From Epithemia pelagica (taxonomy: Eukaryota > Protista > Bacillariophyta), in contig OX337228.1 of assembly GCA_946965045.2 (NCBI GenBank), positions 4,340,001-4,404,000 on the forward strand: 64,000 nt of DNA, given 5' to 3'. Below, piece after piece: positions 1 through 8,800 of the stretch; within the stretch, counting starts at the first letter, position 1; each line of letters opens with the position of its first letter. Both the position numbers and the translations under genes were made by a program. The notes under the pieces were generated by a model that was not told the DNA's origin, did not search any database, and was given only the letters and a program-made list of their open reading frames with translations.

Positions 1-3000
1 TTGAAATCCAAACTTATACTTGACGGAATGGTGAACTTGTTTAATCCTTGACTGTTTGGCTGCTCGAATGAGACGTTTGCTTGTTTTGACATAACGTTTC
101 AAATGCTTCCATCCAGGTTCGTTGAGTAAACCATGTTTCTTTCCATAAATTGCTACAGTGATCGGATCATCATTGGCGATGAGTGATAAAGGTTCATAGG
201 TAGTCTCCCCAGTTTCCCAATCAACAAGCAAATTATATTTGCTCCCCTTGTAATCTGGATCAGTTGTGTTCAGTGGGCCTTGATGGGCAATGACATCCCT
301 GAACCTGAAAAGATTATCTCCAGAGGTTTGGGCTTGGTTATCTCGTTCGATATACTCCATGAGTTGATTATAGGATATCATCTCATCAACATCAGAATTT
401 GTCTTTCGGTAAATGTACTTGACACGTTCTTCCTGTTTCGTTGCTTCTTCATTAAGATCAATGACTCGTTTGATGACACGTGCACGGTGTCGCTCCCCAT
501 TTTCTTCTGTGTCGCATAGGAATGTGCGTCCTATCATGTCGTCAAAATCGATCGTGGGCATTGGTTTGGATGGATCTTCACTATCACTGCGAATGAAGAC
601 AGTGTCAGCTTGCTTATCATTGTCATCCTTCTCAGACGAATCCTCCCCTGAAGGTCGATCCACACGTAGGTTAGGTGTAGTGGAGTCAACACGGCGAACG
701 GCAGAACGGTAGATTATCTGGTTATCCTGGGTGAGAATCTTCCAAGTAAAAGAATCACCAACGTTGTGAGCAAAACCAACCCAGTGGCCAAGTTTCTCAT
801 CAGAAGAAGATGGATATGAACCAGAATTGGGTTCAGCGGGGTCGACACGGTAGTAAACCTCATCCCAGAAAGGGAAGAACAAGAGATGAGTAATGTCGGG
901 TGGGCGTCCGGAGAGAGCCTCAAGAGGAGTGCGACCGGAATGGGTGGGTGATGACGTATGGTTCAATAAGTCGCAGACATACTCAAGGCAAAGAAGCCAT
1001 GTGTTGGCAGGGCAACCAGTGGCATTCATGAGAGCGTTGGTCATTCGTTTAACGGTCTGGTAACGGTTTTCAGCCTTATTCTGGTGTTGATGATAAGGTT
1101 CAGATCGATACTCCCCAATAAGCAAAGTGCGAAGAATGTCTTTGACCTTTTGAGAGATGAGAGATGAACCACCATCACTGATAAGGGTCTCCATGGCACC
1201 ACGAAACCGGATGTTGTCCTGAAGAGTATTGACAAACTGTTTGGTTGACTTGATCCCATAAATATCAGTAACCAGAGTATCTCGACCAACAAAGATTTGT
1301 GCGACTTTACCGCCATGGTCAACAGCAGGGGTGTCGGAGAAAACCGAGTCAGTAGCAACGGGTTCATGGCGTCGAGGTATATTAAGGACCGGATTGCGAG
1401 CCTTGAAATGTTTCTTGAGGGTGTCGTGGTCAAAAGTAATGCTACCATTACGTGTAGTGTGCTTGAACGTATCGGCAATAACATCTTCAGATTGCCAACC
1501 AAAGAATGGACGGAACTTCTTCCAATCATACGCTTCCTGGTAACGACGGTGGACAGATGCATGAAGTGTAGGATCATTACCTTCTGCGTCAGCATAGATA
1601 GAAAAGAAGGGTGCGTCGTCAGGTCCATGATCGTATGGGAGATCCAAAAGGAGATTGAGGTTACAAACAACACGATCAGTGTACTCCCCATAGTTGTCAT
1701 ATGGATAGTTCGACATACTACCATCAGTCTTGACGTGTTTCCAATCAGGATCATTGTCAGAGGGTGTGGGAGAATACGAATGGTCCAGAACACCAGGATC
1801 CCATGTGTTGGGTGACGTGAAGATGATCTGAGGTAAGGTATCCATGTCATCGTCGCTGGGGATACCCAAGGAGTGGATGTAGGCTAACCCATCCTTGATG
1901 TGAAGGGGTATGGCACGACCATCAAGTGTAGTGATGCGTTGTTTACCATCAACTTTAACAGATCGTTCATCAACAGCAAGTCCGAAATGCTCGAATTGAC
2001 CAGGAGCATGGATAGATAAGCCCTTCCCATAATAAGCATATTCATTGAAGATGCCGACAATAGGTCCATCATTGGTCTCAAACTTTGCGGCACATGTGAC
2101 GACAGGAAGTCCAGTAAGTTCATGGTTATCAATACCCACAATAGTGATATGGCGGCCAGTCTTAGAAAGGATGCGCATGTCAGAACCAGCAAGTCCTCCA
2201 TTAGCACCACGGTCAATCAATTGATTCCCTGGTAAAGTAGATTTCCTGGAAAACAAATAGCGTGGAACATGTCCTGCTTGTTTATGCATGTTGGCTTTGA
2301 AAGTAACCTTCTTGCTCGTCTTGGACTTGGCGTTAGAAAGAACACTAGTCAGGTCAGTTGCCGGGTGATTGATATCAGTCGTCATGGCTTGGTTGATAAA
2401 TTGTGTAACCGGATCTGAATCATCTGAATGCTCAGGGACTACGCCAGGTGAGTCGTCATCAGATGCAACTTGGTTGGGGTCAGGATCAGGTTCCGGATCA
2501 ATGTCGAGGGCATGTGTTTGCACTGTCCTCGGTGTTGTTGATGAAGGTGCTTGAATCATCTTGTTATACTCAATGATCAACTTGCGATCTTCTTCAGAAA
2601 GTTTGAACCATAGGTCACGCGGTAGACTAACCTTGGACGAAGAGGATGGAGATTCAGGTGTCGCTTTGGTGTTGTGGACATGATACTCCATATCATCTTG
2701 TGAGGTTATGTCAGCATCTGTATCTTGGCCATATAGTGATTCATGTTGTTTGACATGTCGACGGCGACTATGAACAGATGACTGGGTTGCTTGATCATGG
2801 TCATAAGCTGCGTCTAGAAGGAGACGGAAGTATGATTGATAGCAAAGGGATTTTGCACCGGATTTGGTGTTCACCACATTATCCAAGATCTTGACTCGGC
2901 GGAGATCAGGTACCTTTTCTACAGCTTGCATGAGGAAGGTCATCCTGGTATGATCAGGGATGCGATCAGACAATGTCACTAAATTGTCTAGCAAACGTAG

Positions 3001-3945
3001 CTGCTCTTGAAAGTGTAGAAGAAATTGACGTGTTGTTCCGCGCCATGTGTCGTCAAGACGTAGATTGGAAATGTAGTTGGTTAAGCGGAGGACTTCTCGC
3101 TTTGCTAGGTCGGATTCGGTATGCAAAGAGTGTAACTTCTGCAATACGGCACGCGCATCTTCGTCATGTTCATGTTCACGTACATAGGCTCGACCTTGGT
3201 CAGTCTGAATGATACGGACAAGAACGGAGTAAAGAAATACTTGTTGCTCTTGAAAAAGTTCTTCGGCATACTCATCATCATGGGGTGGTGTGTATTTGAA
3301 ATTCAGAACGTTGGATAGGCCTTGAGCCTTAGCTGTAGTCTTGAATACACGCCAGAATGAATCGTAGTATCGTTCATCCTTGAATACCTCATATGCAGTT
3401 GCGTCGCGCTTAGTTCCCTTTCTGAATGCTGTAAGGTCTTGTTGAGATTGGGATGCGGCAGTAACTGTGCTGACAGATTTCACAGATGACGGTGACTTCA
3501 TTGGCGAGACTGGGACTTGGCTAGGTGGTCCCTTAGAGAAATCTGTGTTGATCCTCCAAGTGTTGAACTCTTTCCTCGTTAGGTTCATCCAGTCGCTATT
3601 GGATAGCTCGTCTTGAATTTCATTGGTCTTGTATGTGGCCCAATAAGCCAAGAGCTTGATCTGCTGTCTTGTGGGGCCTTGTAGATCATGTGTCTGTTTG
3701 TTGACCTTGTATTGTGTCAGTTCCTTCATGGATTCCTCGGTATTAGTTTGCATATACGAGATAACATGGGTAATGTTCTCAAAACCATGGTATTTCATCC
3801 ACTTCATTAAGTAGTCGGCCCTTTCTTTGGTGAAGAATTGGCAGACAGTAAATATGATGTGGTCGAATAGGTCTGTGTCCGAGACATTGTCTTGGTTATC
3901 TTCTCCCTTAGGAGTCGTAGGTGTCTTGGGTGATTGAGGATCCAT
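1..3945 (-). CDS. gag-pol polyprotein, 3'-partial (gag, aspartic protease, integrase, linker)
   Basis: ATG at 3945 (MDPQSPKTPTTPKGED...). The same frame (position mod 3 = 0) gives protease LIDRGANGGLAG (about 2220-2185), integrase YGIKSTKQFVNTLQDNIRFR (1260-1201) and AKQSRIKQVHHSVKYKFGFQ (60-1). It is missing from the ORF track, consistent with no stop before the window edge. Confidence 0.9.
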   Translation of the reverse strand, partial: MDPQSPKTPTTPKGEDNQDNVSDTDLFDHIIFTVCQFFTKERADYLMKWMKYHGFENITHVISYMQTNTEESMKELTQYKVNKQTHDLQGPTRQQIKLLAYWATYKTNEIQDELSNSDWMNLTRKEFNTWRINTDFSKGPPSQVPVSPMKSPSSVKSVSTVTAASQSQQDLTAFRKGTKRDATAYEVFKDERYYDSFWRVFKTTAKAQGLSNVLNFKYTPPHDDEYAEELFQEQQVFLYSVLVRIIQTDQGRAYVREHEHDEDARAVLQKLHSLHTESDLAKREVLRLTNYISNLRLDDTWRGTTRQFLLHFQEQLRLLDNLVTLSDRIPDHTRMTFLMQAVEKVPDLRRVKILDNVVNTKSGAKSLCYQSYFRLLLDAAYDHDQATQSSVHSRRRHVKQHESLYGQDTDADITSQDDMEYHVHNTKATPESPSSSSKVSLPRDLWFKLSEEDRKLIIEYNKMIQAPSSTTPRTVQTHALDIDPEPDPDPNQVASDDDSPGVVPEHSDDSDPVTQFINQAMTTDINHPATDLTSVLSNAKSKTSKKVTFKANMHKQAGHVPRYLFSRKSTLPGNQLIDRGANGGLAGSDMRILSKTGRHITIVGIDNHELTGLPVVTCAAKFETNDGPIVGIFNEYAYYGKGLSIHAPGQFEHFGLAVDERSVKVDGKQRITTLDGRAIPLHIKDGLAYIHSLGIPSDDDMDTLPQIIFTSPNTWDPGVLDHSYSPTPSDNDPDWKHVKTDGSMSNYPYDNYGEYTDRVVCNLNLLLDLPYDHGPDDAPFFSIYADAEGNDPTLHASVHRRYQEAYDWKKFRPFFGWQSEDVIADTFKHTTRNGSITFDHDTLKKHFKARNPVLNIPRRHEPVATDSVFSDTPAVDHGGKVAQIFVGRDTLVTDIYGIKSTKQFVNTLQDNIRFRGAMETLISDGGSSLISQKVKDILRTLLIGEYRSEPYHQHQNKAENRYQTVKRMTNALMNATGCPANTWLLCLEYVCDLLNHTSSPTHSGRTPLEALSGRPPDITHLLFFPFWDEVYYRVDPAEPNSGSYPSSSDEKLGHWVGFAHNVGDSFTWKILTQDNQIIYRSAVRRVDSTTPNLRVDRPSGEDSSEKDDNDKQADTVFIRSDSEDPSKPMPTIDFDDMIGRTFLCDTEENGERHRARVIKRVIDLNEEATKQEERVKYIYRKTNSDVDEMISYNQLMEYIERDNQAQTSGDNLFRFRDVIAHQGPLNTTDPDYKGSKYNLLVDWETGETTYEPLSLIANDDPITVAIYGKKHGLLNEPGWKHLKRYVKTSKRLIRAAKQSRIKQVHHSVKYKFGFQ

Positions 3946-3959
3946 GGTGTTATTTGGTT

Positions 3960-4215
3960 GGTTCGATGTTTATTTAATGTGCGGTGTGATGTGGTTTATT
4001 TAATGTGTGATGTGATGTGAACCCGGATGTACCACGTGTGCCACGTATGTACCACGTATGTGATACCCGGATGTGTGTTGTGATGTGCGACTCCTGGAAA
4101 TTTCCGTTGATTTCGACAAATTTTCGCCGAGTTTCAACAAATTTTCGCCGAATTTTCGCGATTTGACGGGAATGTGTGGCGTGTTGTGCGACCAAGGGTA
4201 CCCGGATGTGCGTTG
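3960..4215. repeat. Short direct-repeat cluster in the ORF1-gag spacer
   Basis: TTTATTTAATGTG x2 (3969, 3995); ACCCGGATGT x3 (4021, 4065, 4200); CCACGTRTG x3 (4032-4060); ACAAATTTTCGCCGA x2 (4116, 4137); palindrome GGAAATTTCC (4096-4105). Confidence 0.85.
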
Positions 4216-4265
4216 AGTTTAAGTCTTGGAAAGGTTTTGAGAGGACGGGAGTTAACTATGAGTAA

Positions 4266-5045
4266 TTAAGCTTCGGTTTCCGAATCCTCACCCTCTTCCG
4301 AATGATCAGAGTCACTTCCAGGCTCAGATGGGGCAGCACAAGCAACAGAAGAAGGGGTATCACCTTCAGCCAGGTGGTTCTCGACCTCGGTACGCAAAGG
4401 GTAGATAGTTGCACGATGGTCCTCGATGGTATGGACCTCGTGGATGTAGGCAACGTAGTTATCTAGGCGTACAACGTTAGGAGGCAGAGGGCAAGTCGTC
4501 GCGTTCACGACGTGGATGGTATTGTAGTATCCAGTTGGGCGCTCGAAGGTTAGGAAGCGGAGGTGGACAGTACGGATGGGGTTGCCCGAGAGGGCGGCAA
4601 AGATGAGGCGACGCCTCGGAGAACGATGAAGTTGGTCGTTCAGACGGTCAATGTCTTCTTGGTCGACGATGTGGGTCACCGATTGGAACTGGCGTTCGAT
4701 CTGGGTCTCCCCACGGATGATCTCGGGATCGAAGGTCGAACAAGTTGGTTGACGGAAGTACTTGATATGATCAGCAATCAACCGGGTGGTACGACGGGAT
4801 CGAGAAGGGACGAGCCGACGAGGCGGACTCGGGGGCCGAAGCAACGGCGCAGGGATCGGAGCGTGAGGCTGGGTTGGAGTCTCGAATGGGTTGCTGTTGG
4901 AACTGTCGACGGAGATGTTGACCGATGTGTTGGCTGCCTTCGGCGTCGGCACCAGTTCCTGCTGCACCAGGGTATCGGGCTGCCCGGGATGCAGGTTGGC
5001 TCGATAGATCTGTCGTACAGGAGTGATAATCTCGTTAGTATCCAT
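4266..5045 (-). CDS. Retrotransposon ORF1, 259 aa, unknown function (Pro/Arg-rich middle, acidic tail)
   Basis: ATG 28 nt downstream of the LTR end; uninterrupted ORF lying inside the element between the LTR and gag. No motif recognised. Confidence 0.7.
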   Translation of the reverse strand: MDTNEIITPVRQIYRANLHPGQPDTLVQQELVPTPKAANTSVNISVDSSNSNPFETPTQPHAPIPAPLLRPPSPPRRLVPSRSRRTTRLIADHIKYFRQPTCSTFDPEIIRGETQIERQFQSVTHIVDQEDIDRLNDQLHRSPRRRLIFAALSGNPIRTVHLRFLTFERPTGYYNTIHVVNATTCPLPPNVVRLDNYVAYIHEVHTIEDHRATIYPLRTEVENHLAEGDTPSSVACAAPSEPGSDSDHSEEGEDSETEA

Positions 5046-5073
5046 GAAACCACAAGGAAATAAGCTTTGAGAC

Positions 5074-5864
5074 TGTTAATCTGTTACAATTCTTTCTGAA
5101 TCGTAGGGACATTGATGCTCGGTAGAGCAGACAATCAGGTAGGTCACCAACCGATACAAGCTTCTCAGGGTCAGAGAAGCAAGCAAGTCGAAGTCTATCA
5201 GAAGGATAGTCGGGACACAAAAGAGGATGTGATAAATGGTGATATTGTTAGATTGTGTGTTGATTACTACGATAGGTCTACGTGAAATGTTCGGTCCTGC
5301 CAAGGGTCATGTATCATAGGTACTTGGCGGCAACAGGTTTGGAATAGTTGGAGTTGATTCATGTGATGTATATGACATGTATATGTGGGCGGATAACATA
5401 TACAGGGTCAACAGCTCTTGCTTTGGGTTGGCATAGTTGTTTTAATGGCGCGCAGCTTGTTGACAATTTGGAGATTGTGGGAATGGAAATATGGTCTCGC
5501 GTGATCGTGTGTCGTGCTTGGGATACTTAGACCGTTGGATCGGATAGATGCCGATAGCGCTCGGATGTCGCTTGGGCGCGCTCGATGATTTCGGGCGCGT
5601 ACGCTTAGGGCGTTAGTATAGTGTCCGAGCAACGGCCAAATTTACGTCCGTTGTAATACCGCACGACCCAGTTTAGTCTTGAGAGTGAGTTCGTCAATCT
5701 ATTCTCACTTTTCATGATTTGCGAAGAAATATAGGTCGATATAGCGCGAAGCTAGGAAACATAGCTCGAAGCTAGAGGGCATGATGCGATAGCACGAGGC
5801 TATGTGACATGGGGAATCGATGAGATGTAGAATCTAACCACCATAGACGGTGAGAATTCTAACA
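5074..5864 (-). repeat. 5' LTR of the copia element (about 791 bp)
   Basis: In element orientation it starts TGTTAGAATTCTC and ends ...CAGATTAACA (TGTTA/TAACA inverted termini). The outer end coincides with the point where LINE coding similarity stops. The second LTR is not in the window, so the boundaries are inferred. Confidence 0.7.
5742..5802. promoter_or_regulatory. Array of three TAGC-N5-GCTA inverted-repeat motifs in the LTR U3 region (putative TF sites)
   Basis: TAGCGCGAAGCTA (5742), TAGCTCGAAGCTA (5762), TAGCACGAGGCTA (5790). The motifs are seen directly; the function is inferred. Confidence 0.4.
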
Positions 5865-8800
5865 TGGTATGGGAGTGACACAGTAGGAAAAGATGGTGGC
5901 ACATTGGCGAGCCAGGAGTGAATCATCTCAGTGAGAAGTAAATTCAAAGTAGGATCCAAGTGTTGTTTGCGCCAAAATTGCTGTAATTCTTCGAGTAAGG
6001 GTCCTTTCCAGTGGCGGTGTGGACAACAAAGGAAATGAGTACGAGTCTCAATAACTGGTGGGTTGCAAAGGGGGCATGTTTCCGTGTAATAGGTTGCATA
6101 ACAGGAACAGAGATAACCAAGAGGGAGCCAATCATGGAGAAATTTAATGTAGAATTGCCAGCGGGTGAAAATGGCCTTGATGGCACGGCCATGGGATGTC
6201 CAGTCGATCGACTCGAAGGTTTCAAATGACCACTCGTTTCGGTTGCATAGATACTGCCGTAGAGTTTTCCAGGTTGCTAGATATCGTAGATTGGACCGAT
6301 AATTGGAATTGATAGTTCCTTTGGGGGAATGAAGTAGAGCTTGGCCACCGGTGATGAGGGGGGCATGTGTCGATGAGATGGAAGAAGGATACTCATATGA
6401 GTCAGCTAGTCGGTCGGCGTCAACGTTAAGCTGAGCGGCAAGGGGTAGTGTAGCATATGGTCGCAAGCGGTCTTGGTGGCCTCGGACATGTAGAAATCTG
6501 GGGATCTCAGGGAATTGGCGGAGGGACGTGCTTATGCCTTGCTGGATATCCCAATCAGCTTCCATAGTTGAGTACGGGAAGTCATAGGACCAGTCTAGTC
6601 GTTTTTCCACAGTATTGATCAAACTTTTGGAATCCGTATAGAAAATCAGCTGAGTAGGCAGACTGAAGCCATACGATGTTGTGATATGGATTACTGCACG
6701 GAGCAAAGCAAGCATTCCATAACTCTCTGATCGGAATGAAGAAGTTTGGTAGCCGGGAGCGGGTCCATGAAGATGAAAAAGTCGTTCTCCTGAATCGGTA
6801 CTACAAACACAACCAAATGTGCCGGTGAACATAGCTGCTGAACCATCACTGCACAAGAAGAGGCGAACAGTCGGTGTAGTGAAAGTAGATTGAATCTGTG
6901 CTGGCGAGCAGGAGAGTACAAGCTTGGATACAAGATGTTGATCCCATTGTGCGAGAGTGGCAACGTAGTCGGTGAAAGTCTGTGGTTGAGGTGGTTCCGG
7001 AGTAAGTACTTGAGGACGGCAAGGTAGGATGAAAAATGCAGGTCCAGACTGCTTAACATGAACAGGCACTGCTGTGGGTGGCACACTTGAAGAGAGTTGG
7101 GACGTCGGTAGAAACAGTGGGTGTTGGTACCAGTAATGACGAAAGTTGCCAGTGGGTTCATACACATAAAGCTTCGAGCTCGGGCAGTCAACAAGATATT
7201 TCCAACAACGGTGAAATTTGTGCCCTTGGACAGTCCATGACCCAAGAGGTGTAATCAGCAAGCGGGTAACTCCTGTCTGTCGAACGAGGTCGAGGAATTT
7301 GTTCCATTGGTTCCAAGCACGGGAGCCTGGTCGATCTTGGTATGGGATAAGACCGCGGTGAGTTGAAAAATCGTCGTGGCAATGGTTGATTGCGAATAAG
7401 GAGAGTTTCGTGCCGTCTGGGGTTGAAATATCGCTGAGCAGTGTAACTCCGAGGAAAATGCGACATGCATTGTGTAGAGCCAGTTCGGTTGGAGTGAATT
7501 GGGTAGATTCAACCGCAATGTCCATGAGACACCGATCATTGTCACGTTGAAGTGTAGGAAGAAACTTTGTTTCCAGTTCTATTCTGCAGTCTGTTGTTTT
7601 AAGGAAATTTCGAACTTGGGGGATCCATTGCATTGGAACCAAATGTGGTAGTGGCGTCGAAACGTCTTCGAAAATTGAGATACTGGTTCCGGCGAGAAAC
7701 TGGGCCCAAGAGATGGCAATCTGAGCAAGTTGTGCTGGAACTCCCGGAGATCGGAGACATGCCATTAGTAAGTAAGTCTGGGAGATGCCGCGCTCCACTG
7801 AGAGTGTGCGTAGTCCAATCCCCCCTAATTCAGTCGGACCGTAGACAACTGCGTTTGGCATGTGGCGATTGAAGCCATACTTTGGTAGAAATGCCTTCTT
7901 GAACTGGATCTGTAGAGCATTGCAGTGAGCATCGGAGAGAGTGGATGACGGTAACGGGTAGCATATGCTAGGGAGATAGATAGCATGGTAGTAGGCCCAT
8001 GCATCTGTTCTTGAGAAAGGACTAGTAGCCATGACCGAGGTATGAGCAGCATTCTTCTTCGCAAGAGCAATGTACAATCCTTTGTCTGTACGGTGTGGTG
8101 ATTTCTGCACGCCCAGCGTTTTGTGACTCCGATATGAGGAAAGCTGTTTTATTGGTGTTGAATGTTCTGTATCATTGAAGTGGATTGTGATCTGGGGACC
8201 AAACGAACCGGATTGCAAAGATGCGAGTCCATCCACATTGAACGTGTAGTAGAGAAAGTGATAGGAGCATTTCTCAACATTGAGCGCCCCACCAGACAGA
8301 CTAAGCAGGTCATTCCATCGTTGTGCATCTTCCTGTGCCTTGGCGATATAGTGTTCAGGCGATGCGGGGTGATCTCGCGAGAAGTCGTTGACACTACCGC
8401 TAGTATCATCCACAAAACCGATCATGTGCACGGCAGTTTTCACAGAGCCATCAGGGCTGCTGAATGTAGCGCCATGTGCTTTATCTTCGTATGTGTCAAA
8501 AAGAATTGTTGATATGACACACCAAATTGCAGGTGAGTTGCCTGCGCCTTGTCCTGAGCCGTATATAGGGTACAACTGGCAGTGTTGATAATGCCGTTCG
8601 GACACTCCGAGTTGTGTCTTTAAGTAATACTTCGCTTCTTCAAGTGTCTTTGCGTTGATAAAGACGATTGATCTGTGTTGACCAAAGCTTCTAGACGCAA
8701 GGCTGCCAAAGGATAAGACGATCCAGTCGTAGCAAGCGGTGGCATCATAGTCCAGATGGACAAGTGGCCGCTTGCTAGCTCTTGATATTTCGTATTGGAG

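Larger units (their letters stand above)
1..5864 (-). mobile_element. Ty1/copia LTR retrotransposon (diatom CoDi-like); RT/RNase H and 3' LTR lie beyond the left window edge
   Basis: Order on the minus strand is LTR (5864-5074), ORF1 (5045-4266), repeat-rich spacer, then gag-protease-integrase (3945-1). Integrase upstream of RT is copia order. Confidence 0.93.

Noticed and set aside
4183-4197. TGGTCGCACAAC on the element strand as an alternative PBS
   Set aside because: It is not preceded by an LTR-type CA end, and TGTTA/TAACA termini fit 5074-5864 better.
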